Part shown: positions 17,553 to 26,511 of the stretch, one piece after another
Layout: each line of letters starts with the position of its first letter
Position numbering within the stretch: position 1 is the stretch's first letter
Origin: Ignavibacteria bacterium
GTDB lineage: Bacteria > Bacteroidota > Ignavibacteria > UBA10030 > UBA6906
Length of the DNA stretch: 40,959 nt
Assembly (NCBI GenBank): GCA_029859455.1
Contig: JAOUDE010000001.1
Span: 1-40,959 of the forward strand
Reading direction: 5' to 3'
Made by a program: the position numbers and the translations under genes
The notes under the pieces: model-generated
Told to the model about the DNA's origin: nothing
Database searches by the model: none
What the model saw: only the letters and a program-made list of their open reading frames with translations

Positions 17553-18437
17553 TCAGCCCGCCTTCTTCAGAGCTTCCGCTCCGCCGACAAGCTCAAGCAG
17601 TTCCTTCGTAATCGCCGCCTGGCGGGCCTTGTTATACACAAGCTGAAGGTGGGAAATCATTTCGTTCGCGTTCTCCGTGGCGTTTTCCATCGCCGCCATT
17701 CTGGCCCCCTGCTCGGCAGCGTTGGATTCCAGCAGAGCTTTCCAGATATGGAAGTTCAGGTGCCGCGGCAGAAGAGCATCCACGATCTCCACCGTCGAGG
17801 GTTCGTACAGATAGTCAACCGTCTTCGCGTCCTCGACAGCTTCAATTTCCGTCTGGATCGGAAGAAATCTCTCAAACACGACGTTCTGCCTGGCAACCGA
17901 CTGGAACTCGTTGTAGACGATCTCCACCACATCGATCTCTCCCTTCAGGAATCCATCGACCACCTCACGGGAGATCGCCTGTGCCTGTGTGAACACGAGG
18001 TCACTGTACACGTCGACATACTTTCCGGCAATCGTGTACTGTCGCTTCGAGAAGAAATCGCAGCCCTTTTTTCCGACACAGAAGAGTTTCAGCCGCCCCT
18101 CCTCCTGCACCCCCGGATACTTCTCACCGAGATGCTGAAGGGTAGTCCTGATCAGATTGGCGTTGAACCCTCCGCAGAGCCCGCGGTCGGACGTCACGAC
18201 GATCACAGCGATGGACCGGGCATCTCTGGCAGCAAGCAGGGGATTCACACTGGTATCGACACTGCGGACGAGTTGTGAAAGGAGGTTCTTCATGGTCGCG
18301 GCATATGGCCGTGCGGCAATGACACCGCTTTGCGCGCGCCGGAGTTTTGCGGCGGCAACCATCTTCATCGCCTTCGTGATCTTCTGCGTCTTCTTGACAC
18401 CGGTGATCCTGTTCCGAACTTCGCGGAGCGTTGCCAT
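17553..18437 (-). CDS. atpG: F-type ATP synthase subunit gamma
   Basis: MATLREVRNRITGVKKTQKITKAMKMVAAAKLRRAQ N-terminus and a C-terminal ...ITKELLELVGGAEAL helix. Confidence 0.95.
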   Translation of the reverse strand: MATLREVRNRITGVKKTQKITKAMKMVAAAKLRRAQSGVIAARPYAATMKNLLSQLVRSVDTSVNPLLAARDARSIAVIVVTSDRGLCGGFNANLIRTTLQHLGEKYPGVQEEGRLKLFCVGKKGCDFFSKRQYTIAGKYVDVYSDLVFTQAQAISREVVDGFLKGEIDVVEIVYNEFQSVARQNVVFERFLPIQTEIEAVEDAKTVDYLYEPSTVEIVDALLPRHLNFHIWKALLESNAAEQGARMAAMENATENANEMISHLQLVYNKARQAAITKELLELVGGAEALKKAG

Positions 18438-18439
18438 CG

Positions 18440-19996
18440 CTATTTGCTGACTGTGACTTTGAACGATTCGGTGAACCGGCCGAGGAGATCCTTCAGCTTT
18501 GTCGTCATTTCCTCGGAGAGATCCCGCTTCTCGGCAATCTCACTCAGGATCGCACCATGCTTCAGCTCCATCATCTCGAGCAGTTCGCTCTCGTAGCGCC
18601 CGACATGCTCCAGAGGAATCTCATCGAGGTAGCCGTTCGTTCCCGCGAAAATACTGACGACCTGCTTCGACACTGTCATCGGGACATACTGCCCCTGCTT
18701 CAGCAGCTCGACAAGACGTGAACCTCGTCTGAGCTGAGCGAGAGTCGATTTGTCAAGATCCGATCCGAATTTGGCAAACGCCTCCAGCTCCCGGTATTGT
18801 GCGAGCTCGAGACGCAGTCTTCCCGCAATCCGCTTCATCGCCTTGATCTGGGCGTTTCCGCCGACACGGGAGACAGAGATCCCGACGTTGATCGCCGGAC
18901 GGACACCGGAGTTGAACAGTGACGGCTCCAGATAGATCTGGCCGTCCGTAATGGAGATGACGTTGGTCGGGATGTAGGCAGAGACGTCTCCTGCCTGGGT
19001 TTCGATCACCGGGAGGGCGGTCAGACTTCCTCCACCGAGGTCATCGTTGAGCTTTGAGGATCGCTCGAGCAGACGAGAATGAAGGTAAAACACATCTCCG
19101 GGGTACGCTTCACGACCGGGGGGCCGCCTGAGCAGGAGCGACACCTGACGGTACGCCTGCGCCTGCTTGGAAAGATCATCATAGACCACGAGTGCATGGC
19201 GCCCTGAGTCCCTGAAGAACTCTCCGAGGGTCGCTCCCGTGTACGGGGCGATATACTGCATCGGCGCCGGATCGCTCGCTGTGGCGGAGACGACGATGGT
19301 GTAGTCCATCGCCCCCTCCTGCTGGAGCTTGTTCACAACCTGGGCAACCGTGGAACTCTTCTGACCGATCGCGACGTAGATGCAATAGACCGGCTTGACC
19401 CCCGCCTTCTTTGCCTCTTCCGTATGCGTGTATTTCTGATTGATGATGGCATCGATCGCCACGGCGGTCTTCCCGGTCTGGCGGTCTCCGATAATCAGCT
19501 CACGCTGGCCGCGCCCGATCGGAATCATCGCATCGATCGCCTTGATCCCTGTCTGCAGCGGCTCCTTCACCGGCTGACGCTGGATGACACCGAGAGCTTT
19601 TCGCTCGATCGGCATCATCGAATCGGTTTTCACCGGACCGCGTCCGTCCGTCGGCTGACCGAGCGAATTGATGACGCGACCGAGCATCGCCTCGCCGACC
19701 GGCACGGAGGCAACCTTGCCGGTCCGCTTGACCGTATCCCCTTCGCTGATCTTGCTCGACTCACCGAATAAAATACAGCCGACATTGTCCTCCTCGAGAT
19801 TCAGAACCATCCCGAACACGCCGTGGGGAAACTCAACCAGTTCGCTCATGAGCGCCTTGGTCAGGCCGTACACACGCGCAACACCGTCTCCGACCTGGAG
19901 AACGGTTCCGACATCGTAGACATCGATCTCTTTTTCAAAGCCCGCCAGCTGCCTGCGCAGGATGGCGGAGACTTCATCCGGTCTGACTTCTGCCAT
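18440..19996 (-). CDS. atpA: F-type ATP synthase subunit alpha
   Basis: 518 aa with Walker [10 protein letters not shown], canonical alpha-subunit blocks, and 2-nt spacing to atpG. Confidence 0.97.
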   Translation of the reverse strand: MAEVRPDEVSAILRRQLAGFEKEIDVYDVGTVLQVGDGVARVYGLTKALMSELVEFPHGVFGMVLNLEEDNVGCILFGESSKISEGDTVKRTGKVASVPVGEAMLGRVINSLGQPTDGRGPVKTDSMMPIERKALGVIQRQPVKEPLQTGIKAIDAMIPIGRGQRELIIGDRQTGKTAVAIDAIINQKYTHTEEAKKAGVKPVYCIYVAIGQKSSTVAQVVNKLQQEGAMDYTIVVSATASDPAPMQYIAPYTGATLGEFFRDSGRHALVVYDDLSKQAQAYRQVSLLLRRPPGREAYPGDVFYLHSRLLERSSKLNDDLGGGSLTALPVIETQAGDVSAYIPTNVISITDGQIYLEPSLFNSGVRPAINVGISVSRVGGNAQIKAMKRIAGRLRLELAQYRELEAFAKFGSDLDKSTLAQLRRGSRLVELLKQGQYVPMTVSKQVVSIFAGTNGYLDEIPLEHVGRYESELLEMMELKHGAILSEIAEKRDLSEEMTTKLKDLLGRFTESFKVTVSK

Positions 19997-20022
19997 TTCT
20001 AATTCCTTCTCATCCTCAGTTT

Positions 20023-20574
20023 CTAGGAAAGTGTTCCACCGGCGACAAACCGGTCTTTCAGCCGTTCCAGCTGGTGCCGGACGCTCCCGTCAAGCACCGT
20101 ATCTCCAATCTGGATCAACAGCCCGCCTCTGAGATCCTTGTCCACTCCGGCCTTCAGAAGTACCTTGCGGGAAGTATACTGCTCCAGTTCCTTCCTGAGC
20201 TTCTCCTGTTGGTCATCCCCGAGCGGGGTTGCCGCACTGACATCGACATCGACGATCCCGAGACGCTCATTGTACAGACCGGTAAACTGTTCGACGATCA
20301 CCGGGAGATGCTCCTCCCTCCCCTTCGAAGCGAGCAGAAGGCAGAAGGTCAGGACTTCTTTTCCGACGAGGGACTTCAGGACCTCGCGCAGCACCGATTT
20401 CTTCTTTGCCGCCTGGATAATCGGGCTGACGATGAACAGCGAGAGTTCCCTGGATTCCGTCAGCAGCGCGCCGAGCTTCTTCATGTCGGCCGCGACAGCC
20501 TCTACCGCGTTCTGCTCGACCGCCGCATCCATAAGCGCAACGGCGTACCGTCGCGCAACCCTGGTGTTCCTCAT
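20023..20574 (-). CDS. atpH: F-type ATP synthase subunit delta (OSCP)
   Basis: 183 aa. [14 protein letters not shown]-terminus, ...[17 protein letters not shown]-terminal OSCP block, and operon position. Confidence 0.9.
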   Translation of the reverse strand: MRNTRVARRYAVALMDAAVEQNAVEAVAADMKKLGALLTESRELSLFIVSPIIQAAKKKSVLREVLKSLVGKEVLTFCLLLASKGREEHLPVIVEQFTGLYNERLGIVDVDVSAATPLGDDQQEKLRKELEQYTSRKVLLKAGVDKDLRGGLLIQIGDTVLDGSVRHQLERLKDRFVAGGTLS

Positions 20575-21065
20575 GCGCGGGGCCCTTTTCCGATATCCTT
20601 GATGACACGGTCAACAAGCGTCCGCTGTTTCGGTGTATCAAGGTTCTCGTCCAGGATCTTGCCGGCAGCGAGGATCGCAATATCCGCCACCTCGCCGCGG
20701 AGCTGTATGATCGCAGCCTCCCGTTCACGGCGAATCTCATCTTTCGCCTGATCCACCATCTGTCGGGCGGAGCTGTTCGCCTTATCAACGATCTCGGACT
20801 TCAGCTTTTCGCCGAGATCCCTTCCTTCCCGGATGATCTTCTGTGACTCCTCTTCCGCACGCGCCAGCTGCTGCTTGTTCTCTTCCAGAAGTTCGCGGGC
20901 AGCCTTTTGTGCTTCCTCCGCCTGCTGGAGCGACACCCGGATCTTCTCCTCCCTCGACGTCAGCGCATGGAGCAGAGGTTTCCATGCAAGCATCCTCAAC
21001 ACCACCATCAGAACCAGAAACGTCAGGATCGTCCAGAGAATGAGGCCTGGATTTATTTCGAGCAT
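20571..21065 (-). CDS. atpF: F-type ATP synthase subunit b
   Basis: Single N-terminal TM (LILWTILTFLVLMVVL) followed by a long charged helix. Preferred start is MLEINPG at 21065; the track start at 21137 overlaps atpE. 4-nt overlap with atpH. Confidence 0.85.
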   Translation of the reverse strand: MLEINPGLILWTILTFLVLMVVLRMLAWKPLLHALTSREEKIRVSLQQAEEAQKAARELLEENKQQLARAEEESQKIIREGRDLGEKLKSEIVDKANSSARQMVDQAKDEIRREREAAIIQLRGEVADIAILAAGKILDENLDTPKQRTLVDRVIKDIGKGPRA

Positions 21066-21081
21066 GGGGTTCCTCTGATTG

Positions 21082-21309
21082 CTACTTCGTGGCGAGAATG
21101 ATGCAGATAGCAAGAGCGAAGAATGTCGCACCTTCAATCAGCGCTGCTGCAATCAGCATCGACGTACGAACCTGTCCGGCGACTTCCGGCTGGCGACCGC
21201 TTGCTTCCATTGCCGCCGCGGCAAGTTTACCGATTCCCAGACCGGCCCCGATGACCGTCAGCGCTGCACCGATACCGGCTGCAAGAAAACCAAGACCTGT
21301 TGCTTCCAT
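21082..21309 (-). CDS. atpE: F-type ATP synthase subunit c
   Basis: 75-aa two-helix hairpin with a GxGxGxG helix, an RQPE loop, and the conserved carboxylate in ...AALIEGATFFAL. GGAGGAG SD upstream. Confidence 0.95.
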   Translation of the reverse strand: MEATGLGFLAAGIGAALTVIGAGLGIGKLAAAAMEASGRQPEVAGQVRTSMLIAAALIEGATFFALAICIILATK

Positions 21310-21380
21310 TAGGTACTCCTCCTCAAGAGATAGATGGGTTGATGTGTGTTCGAACAGAATTGATACCGCGGGTTACAGAA

Positions 21381-22283
21381 TCAGGCATGCCCCTCCTCCG
21401 AATGCGCTTCTGCCGCCTGGATGCCAAGGCCCATAAAGAGCGCAGTCAGCATCGTAAAGATGTACGCCTGCAGGAAGGCGACAAAGATCTCCAGCATCAG
21501 AATGCCAAGGATGAACGCGAACGGACCGACGGCGATAAAATACGATTTGAAGATGAAGATGAGCCCGAACAGAGCGACGATCACGATGTGGCCGCCGGTC
21601 ATGTTCGCAAAGAGACGAATGCAGAGCGCGAACGGTTTCGTGAAAAGGCCGAGGATTTCGATCGGAATCATAATGGGCCAGAGAATCCAGTGGACTCCTC
21701 CGGTCAGATGTGCGAGATAATGCCCCATCCCCTGCGCCCTGATCGCTGATGCCTGGATGACAAAAAACGCGATGATGGCAAGTCCTGCTGTGACGCTTAC
21801 GTTGCCTGTTGCGGTTGCGCCGTACGGAACCAGTCCGGCCAGGTTCATGATCAGAATAAAAAAGAATGTAGTCAGCAGGTAGGGGACATAACGAAGGCCC
21901 GCTGTTCCCATATTCGGCAACACAATCTCGTCCCGGATAAACACGATAAAAATCTCGACAAGGTTTCCGAAGCCTGTCGGAACCGCGGATCTCCGGTTCC
22001 GCCCCGCGGCGAGAACGGCAAACAACAGAAGGAGCGCGGCCGAAATCCAGAGGAAGACGACATGCTTGGTGATCGACATGTCGAATGAAATGCCGGCAAT
22101 CATAAACGGATCAAACTGGGGGAGTGAAACATGGCCGAACGGAATCTCCAGCTCATTGGAATCCTGCACATGGTGGAGCAGTTCTGCGAACATATTGTGC
22201 TCACCGGCAACATGGCTGACGGCCGCGAGACTATCGGCCGCGTGATGAAGCGCTGTGGTGTCTGACGAAACAGGGACGCTCAT
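21381..22283 (-). CDS. atpB: F-type ATP synthase subunit a
   Basis: 300-aa polytopic protein with the conserved ...LCIRLFANMTGGH (essential Arg) block. Confidence 0.95.
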   Translation of the reverse strand: MSVPVSSDTTALHHAADSLAAVSHVAGEHNMFAELLHHVQDSNELEIPFGHVSLPQFDPFMIAGISFDMSITKHVVFLWISAALLLLFAVLAAGRNRRSAVPTGFGNLVEIFIVFIRDEIVLPNMGTAGLRYVPYLLTTFFFILIMNLAGLVPYGATATGNVSVTAGLAIIAFFVIQASAIRAQGMGHYLAHLTGGVHWILWPIMIPIEILGLFTKPFALCIRLFANMTGGHIVIVALFGLIFIFKSYFIAVGPFAFILGILMLEIFVAFLQAYIFTMLTALFMGLGIQAAEAHSEEGHA

Positions 22284-22663
22284 GCTGACCGACCTTCCAC
22301 CAGGCGTTGAATCGAGAAAATTTCCATGACAAGAAAAATAAGGTAAAAACCGAATAAGGACATTGTAAGTGACAGAACGTGCAACTCAGCGAACTTAATC
22401 AGAACAAACAGAAGAGCGAGGAGTACGCCCATCCGAACCATCATCCCACCCAGAACGATCTTCATGAATCTGGTCTGGGACTTATCAAACGCATATCCGG
22501 CGGAAAACGTCCCCACCACCGCGTTCAGAACGCTCAACCCTGCGCCGACACCGAACGCCAGCAGGACTTCTTCCCCGGCTAAGCTGGAAAGAAGAAGCGC
22601 TCCGCCCGCTCCCGCGATCACAATCGTCAAACCAACATGCCACAAGAACGTTCGATCAACCAT
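22280..22663 (-). CDS. atpI: ATP synthase protein I-like small membrane protein
   Basis: About 127 aa with four hydrophobic helices, lying immediately upstream of atpB with a 4-nt overlap. Preferred start is MVDRTF at 22663; alternative in-frame ATGs are at 22684 and 22702. Confidence 0.65.
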   Translation of the reverse strand: MVDRTFLWHVGLTIVIAGAGGALLLSSLAGEEVLLAFGVGAGLSVLNAVVGTFSAGYAFDKSQTRFMKIVLGGMMVRMGVLLALLFVLIKFAELHVLSLTMSLFGFYLIFLVMEIFSIQRLVEGRSA

Positions 22664-22934
22664 CCCGCTCCTGGTCTTCCGCATCCTGATCAGACCGGGC
22701 ACCGAGTCTCGTCACGGTCCGGAAGAACTTGATGAATCCCCCGGTCACACCCAGAGCGAGCCCTGTCAGAGTCAACCAGGGAGTTGTGCCGAAGGTCTGG
22801 TCTCCCCAGCGACCGAGGAAGAAAAAACCAACGACTGTGATTGCAAGCTGAATGCCGAGCGTGAGAAAAGGTCCGAGTTCCCGGCTCCATAACCGCATGC
22901 CGCCACCCGGCTTCTGATCACCAGGTGATGTCAT
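22656..22934 (-). CDS. AtpZ/AtpI-family small membrane protein (ATPase_gene1-type)
   Basis: 92 aa with two TM helices and the family-like pattern LGIQLAITVVGFFFLGRWGDQTFGTTPWLTLTGLALGVTGG. Position is at the head of the atp genes. Confidence 0.7.
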   Translation of the reverse strand: MTSPGDQKPGGGMRLWSRELGPFLTLGIQLAITVVGFFFLGRWGDQTFGTTPWLTLTGLALGVTGGFIKFFRTVTRLGARSDQDAEDQERDG

Positions 22935-22946
22935 GTCACACCGGGC

Positions 22947-23312
22947 CTAGGTTTTTGCCGCAGGGTCGGGAGCACCCGAGCTCATCTTACATTTGCCGTC
23001 AAACACAGCACCCTCATCGACGATCAAACGCGCGGCACGGATGTCCCCTGAAACGATCGATCGAGCTTCCAACGTCAGTTTTTCTGTTGCCGTGAGATTC
23101 CCCTGAACCTTTCCCGCCACGGAAATACTCTTTGCAGTCAGGCTCCCCTCAACAACGCCTCCTTCACCGACAGCCGCAGTCGACTTTGCCTTGATCTCTC
23201 CGACGACGGTTCCATCGATACGAATTCCGCCGTCGGTGCTGATGGATCCCTCGACTTTCGACCCCTTGCCGACGAGGCTGATCTCTCCGAGTCCCTGATT
23301 TTTGTCTGCCAT
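22947..23312 (-). CDS. Bactofilin family cytoskeletal protein
   Basis: 121 aa. Repetitive beta-helix pattern (KVEGSISTDGGIRIDGTVVGEIKA...VVEGSLTAKSISVAGKVQGNLTATEKLTLEARSIVSGDIRAARLIVDEGAVFDGKC) typical of the bactofilin/DUF583 family. Confidence 0.85.
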   Translation of the reverse strand: MADKNQGLGEISLVGKGSKVEGSISTDGGIRIDGTVVGEIKAKSTAAVGEGGVVEGSLTAKSISVAGKVQGNLTATEKLTLEARSIVSGDIRAARLIVDEGAVFDGKCKMSSGAPDPAAKT

Positions 23313-23334
23313 GATCCTGTTTCCTGAAATCGTT

Positions 23335-24222
23335 CTAGCCCGCTATCGACTCGAGCAACAGCTCCTCCGGGTCAACCGGATTTCCATCCTTCCAGATCTC
23401 GAAGTGGAGATGCGGCCCCGTACTTGATCCGGACGAACCGAGAAGGGCAATGACCGCTCCCCGTTCAACATTCACATGCGGGGCGACAAGCAGTGTCTGG
23501 TTATGCTTGTACACGGTGACATACCCGCTGCCATGGGTGATCATCACCATGTTGCCGCCGTCATGTGTCCACCCGGAGAAAATCACGGAACCGGACGCTG
23601 AAGCAAAAACGGGAGTCCCGAGCTTCGACGCGAAATCGATTCCGAAATGCCCCTTGTCCGCTTCAAACCGCTGCGACACAATTCCCGTAACCGGACTCAC
23701 GAACGGGAGTCGCACCATGCCGGACGGACCGGCATCAACAACCACGCTGACGGGACTGTAGCTTCCCGCCTGTGGAACGTATTCACTGACGTACGGTTCG
23801 AGCATCAGGTCAGTCGGGACCGAAGCATCCTGCTCGGTAACGACAAAGTCTGCCGGGTCGTACATCGCCGCGGCTGAATCGGCCCGGCCGACCCCGAGAA
23901 TTGTTCTTAAATGTCTGTTGTACTCACCCAGTCTGATCACTTCCTGCCCGAGCGCTCTCAGCTCCATCTGGGTTGCCAGAAGCTGGCGCCCGTACTTTTC
24001 TTCGAGTACAGAGTTGGGAAGAGGGATAATCAGCGCGAGAGGTGTGTATATCAAACCTGCCAGACTTATGAAGAACACTGCAAAGAGAGACCCGGCGATC
24101 ACAAACCAGAGTTTTCGCTTCGAAAAAGAGAGACTCCGGGAGGCCCCCCCTTCACCTGCGGGGATAATGACAATATCAAACCGGCCGGATTCCTTGTTTC
24201 GACGAGCCCTCTCGGTGGGCAT
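23335..24222 (-). CDS. M23 family metallopeptidase (LytM-type peptidoglycan endopeptidase) with N-terminal membrane anchor
   Basis: HFGIDFAS...G, VMITHGSGYVTVYKHN and GSSGSSTGPHLHFEIW motifs, with one TM helix near the N-terminus. I prefer the ATG at 24222 (MPTERA, AAGG 8 nt upstream), because the TTG track start at 24246 lies only 2 nt after the predicted -10 box and therefore upstream of the expected transcription start. Confidence 0.9.
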   Translation of the reverse strand: MPTERARRNKESGRFDIVIIPAGEGGASRSLSFSKRKLWFVIAGSLFAVFFISLAGLIYTPLALIIPLPNSVLEEKYGRQLLATQMELRALGQEVIRLGEYNRHLRTILGVGRADSAAAMYDPADFVVTEQDASVPTDLMLEPYVSEYVPQAGSYSPVSVVVDAGPSGMVRLPFVSPVTGIVSQRFEADKGHFGIDFASKLGTPVFASASGSVIFSGWTHDGGNMVMITHGSGYVTVYKHNQTLLVAPHVNVERGAVIALLGSSGSSTGPHLHFEIWKDGNPVDPEELLLESIAG

Positions 24223-24248
24223 GCTCAACCTTGCAAAAATGGTCAAAA

Positions 24249-24277
24249 AATATACGAAAAAGGGGTTGAAATGTCAA
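24249..24277 (-). promoter_or_regulatory. Near-consensus sigma70-type promoter for M23-bactofilin-atp genes
   Basis: On the minus strand: TTGACA (24277-24272, containing the GT4 TGA stop), a 17-nt spacer, then TATATT (24254-24249). Confidence 0.5.
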
Positions 24278-25440
24278 CGAAACCCGGAGTCAGGGAGTTG
24301 GGCAAATGACCCGCCTTCACGGCTCAAACCGGTACGGACCCACTCCTCCCAATGCCTCCGAACAAACGCTGACATTCTGTCTTCAAAAACCGATCGGTCA
24401 AACCTCATCGCGTGCTCCCTGAGCAGGACGGGATCAAAGACCGTTTCACACAGCCGGCGAACTGCCGCGGAAAGTGAATCTTCCGTCTGTTCAGCAAAGA
24501 GGATCCCTGTTTCACCGTCACGCACCGTTTCAAGCGCTCCTCCTTTCCCGTACGCAACCACCGGTTTCCCTGATGCCATCGCTTCCACCGGGATGATCCC
24601 GAAATCTTCCTCCCCGGGGAAGATGAGCGCCCGGCAACCTGCAAAGAGAGTTTTCATCTCCTGATCTGACAGATCCTGCTGAAAGCTGATGTTCGGTCCC
24701 GCGATCGATTGCAGTCTCTCACGGTCCGGGCCGTCTCCCGCAACAACCAGAGGGTCGCCGGTCCCGTTGAAAACTCTGATTGCCAGATCAACTCTTTTGT
24801 AAGGCACCAGGGCGCCGGCCACGAGGTAATACTCCCCGGACCCGGTCGCGAGGGAAAAGGATTTGACCTCAACCGGCGGGTAGATCACCTCTGCGTCACG
24901 ATTGTAGATCTTCCGGATCCGTGAGCGTATATGCTCTGAATTCGCCACAAAAGCCGCGGGGTTGCCGGCTGAGGCCAGGTCCTGCCGCTGGAGATATCCC
25001 CGGAAGAGCCGCGCTCCGGCTCTGGTCACCGCCCCTGAACGGCCTTCTCCGAAATAGTCATCAAACAGATTCCAGATGTAACGCATCGGTGTGTGGCAAT
25101 AACAGAGATGAAGAGTGCGCGGCCCTGTTCGTACGCTCTTGGCAACGCTGTGATGGGAAGAGATGACGAGATCGTATTCCCGAAGGTCGAATCGCCGGAT
25201 CGCGGTCGGAAACAGGGGCAGATAGTAACGATATCTGGTTGAAGCCAGGGGGAGATGCTGGATGAATGATGTTCTGATCGGCATCGCTTCGATCTTCCCG
25301 GACACCGAACCTTTGATGTGAAGGAGTGTGAAGAGGTCGGCCCCGGGGAACATCGCTCCAAGAGATTCCAGAACCCGTTCGCCACCCCGCATCGAGGTAA
25401 GCCATTCATGGACAAGGGCTACGCGCCGTGGCTGCTGCAT
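24274..25440 (-). CDS. Glycosyltransferase family 4 (GT-B, retaining)
   Basis: RVALVHEWLTSMRGGERV N-terminus and the C-terminal EX7E-type block EEDFGIIPVEAMASGKPVVAYGKGGALETV. Preferred start is MQQPRR at 25440, which sits 7 nt after a TATATT box; the track start at 25554 would lie upstream of that promoter. Confidence 0.85.
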   Translation of the reverse strand: MQQPRRVALVHEWLTSMRGGERVLESLGAMFPGADLFTLLHIKGSVSGKIEAMPIRTSFIQHLPLASTRYRYYLPLFPTAIRRFDLREYDLVISSHHSVAKSVRTGPRTLHLCYCHTPMRYIWNLFDDYFGEGRSGAVTRAGARLFRGYLQRQDLASAGNPAAFVANSEHIRSRIRKIYNRDAEVIYPPVEVKSFSLATGSGEYYLVAGALVPYKRVDLAIRVFNGTGDPLVVAGDGPDRERLQSIAGPNISFQQDLSDQEMKTLFAGCRALIFPGEEDFGIIPVEAMASGKPVVAYGKGGALETVRDGETGILFAEQTEDSLSAAVRRLCETVFDPVLLREHAMRFDRSVFEDRMSAFVRRHWEEWVRTGLSREGGSFAQLPDSGFR

Positions 25441-25447
25441 GGTCAGG

Positions 25448-25476
25448 AATATACCACAGGCGCACGCAATTGCCAA
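25448..25476 (-). promoter_or_regulatory. Putative sigma70-type promoter for the GT4 gene (predicts a leaderless mRNA)
   Basis: On the minus strand: TTGGCA (25476-25471), a 17-nt spacer, then TATATT (25453-25448). Only 7 nt (CCTGACC) separate the -10 box from the ATG at 25440. Confidence 0.4.
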
Positions 25477-25537
25477 ACAGGAAGCCGGATGGTCGATGGT
25501 GACATTGGGTCTGTTCAGTCTATTCGGTCCGGCTGTG

Positions 25538-25566
25538 TTGCTTGCCCTCTCCACTCTGAGTATATT
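25538..25566 (+). promoter_or_regulatory. Putative sigma70-type promoter for the alpha/beta hydrolase gene
   Basis: TTGCTT (25538-25543), a 17-nt spacer, then TATATT (25561-25566), 20 nt upstream of the ATG at 25587. It lies back-to-back with the GT4 promoter. Confidence 0.35.
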
Positions 25567-25586
25567 GAGGGCGATCCGGCAGTATT

Positions 25587-26510
25587 ATGACTATCGCTCT
25601 CATTCTCCTTACCGCCATCCTGCTGTTTCTCATCGGCACGTCGCTGGTTCTCTTTGTGATAGGGCCGGGTATGCTTCTGCATCCGCACCGGCGGACCGTT
25701 GACTATTACAGGAAAAGCACCTCCCTTCTCCACCCTTCTGACCTGGAAATCCCGTTCGAGGAATTCCGTCTGAAAACAAGTGACGGCCTCAGCCTCGGTT
25801 GCTGGTTCATTCCTGCTTCCGGAAAACCGAAAGGCACCATCGTACATCTCCATGGCGTGAGCGAGTGCCGGATCGTCGGTCTGCCGCTGGCACGGCGGCT
25901 GCATCAGCACGGCTACAATGTCTTTCTGTATGATTCGCGGCGTCATGGCGAAAGCGAAGGAAAGTTCTGCACGTACGGCTTCTATGAAAAGCATGACACG
26001 AGTACCCTTCTTACACGGTTACAGTCCCGCGAGGATCTTCAGCTCGGAAAAATCGGACTGTTCGGTTCATCGATGGGAGCGGCTGTGGCTGTGCAGGTCG
26101 CGGCGCAGGACAACCGGATCTCAGCGGTTGTCGCTGAAAGCGGGTTCGCAACGTTACGTACGATCTTTGACGACTATCAGAGGCGGGTGATCAAGCTTCC
26201 GTGGCACTATCTGCGGAACATCGTTATCGTCCGTTCCGAGCGGCTGGCACATTTCAAAGCGTCCGCTGTCTCTCCTGTCGATGCAGTCAAGGATGTGCAT
26301 GTGCCGATTTTCATCATGCACGGAACAGAGGACCGGCTGATCAAATGTTCGTACTCTGAGGAACTCTATCGAAACACCGGCCAGCCGAAGGAGCTCTGGC
26401 TGATCGAAGGGGCTAACCACAGCAATATGGCAGAGATCGGCGGAGAAGAGTACTACAGGCGGGTCCTCGCTTTTTTCGACCAGGCTTTCGCGCAACAGCC
26501 TTCAGCCTGA
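25587..26510 (+). CDS. Alpha/beta-fold hydrolase with N-terminal membrane anchor
   Basis: N-terminal TM helix, oxyanion region HLHG, nucleophile elbow GSSMG, and later GTEDRL (Asp) and GANHSN (His) consistent with a Ser-Asp-His triad. Confidence 0.8.
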   Translation: MTIALILLTAILLFLIGTSLVLFVIGPGMLLHPHRRTVDYYRKSTSLLHPSDLEIPFEEFRLKTSDGLSLGCWFIPASGKPKGTIVHLHGVSECRIVGLPLARRLHQHGYNVFLYDSRRHGESEGKFCTYGFYEKHDTSTLLTRLQSREDLQLGKIGLFGSSMGAAVAVQVAAQDNRISAVVAESGFATLRTIFDDYQRRVIKLPWHYLRNIVIVRSERLAHFKASAVSPVDAVKDVHVPIFIMHGTEDRLIKCSYSEELYRNTGQPKELWLIEGANHSNMAEIGGEEYYRRVLAFFDQAFAQQPSA

Positions 26511-26511
26511 C

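Noticed and set aside
22464-22892. A plus-strand 142-aa ORF and a minus-strand 66-aa ORF (22690-22890) overlapping the AtpZ-like and AtpI-like genes.
   Set aside because: The frames I chose encode two- and four-helix membrane proteins with family-like motifs in the conserved atp-operon position. The alternatives are hydrophilic Pro/Arg/Ser-rich shadow frames.
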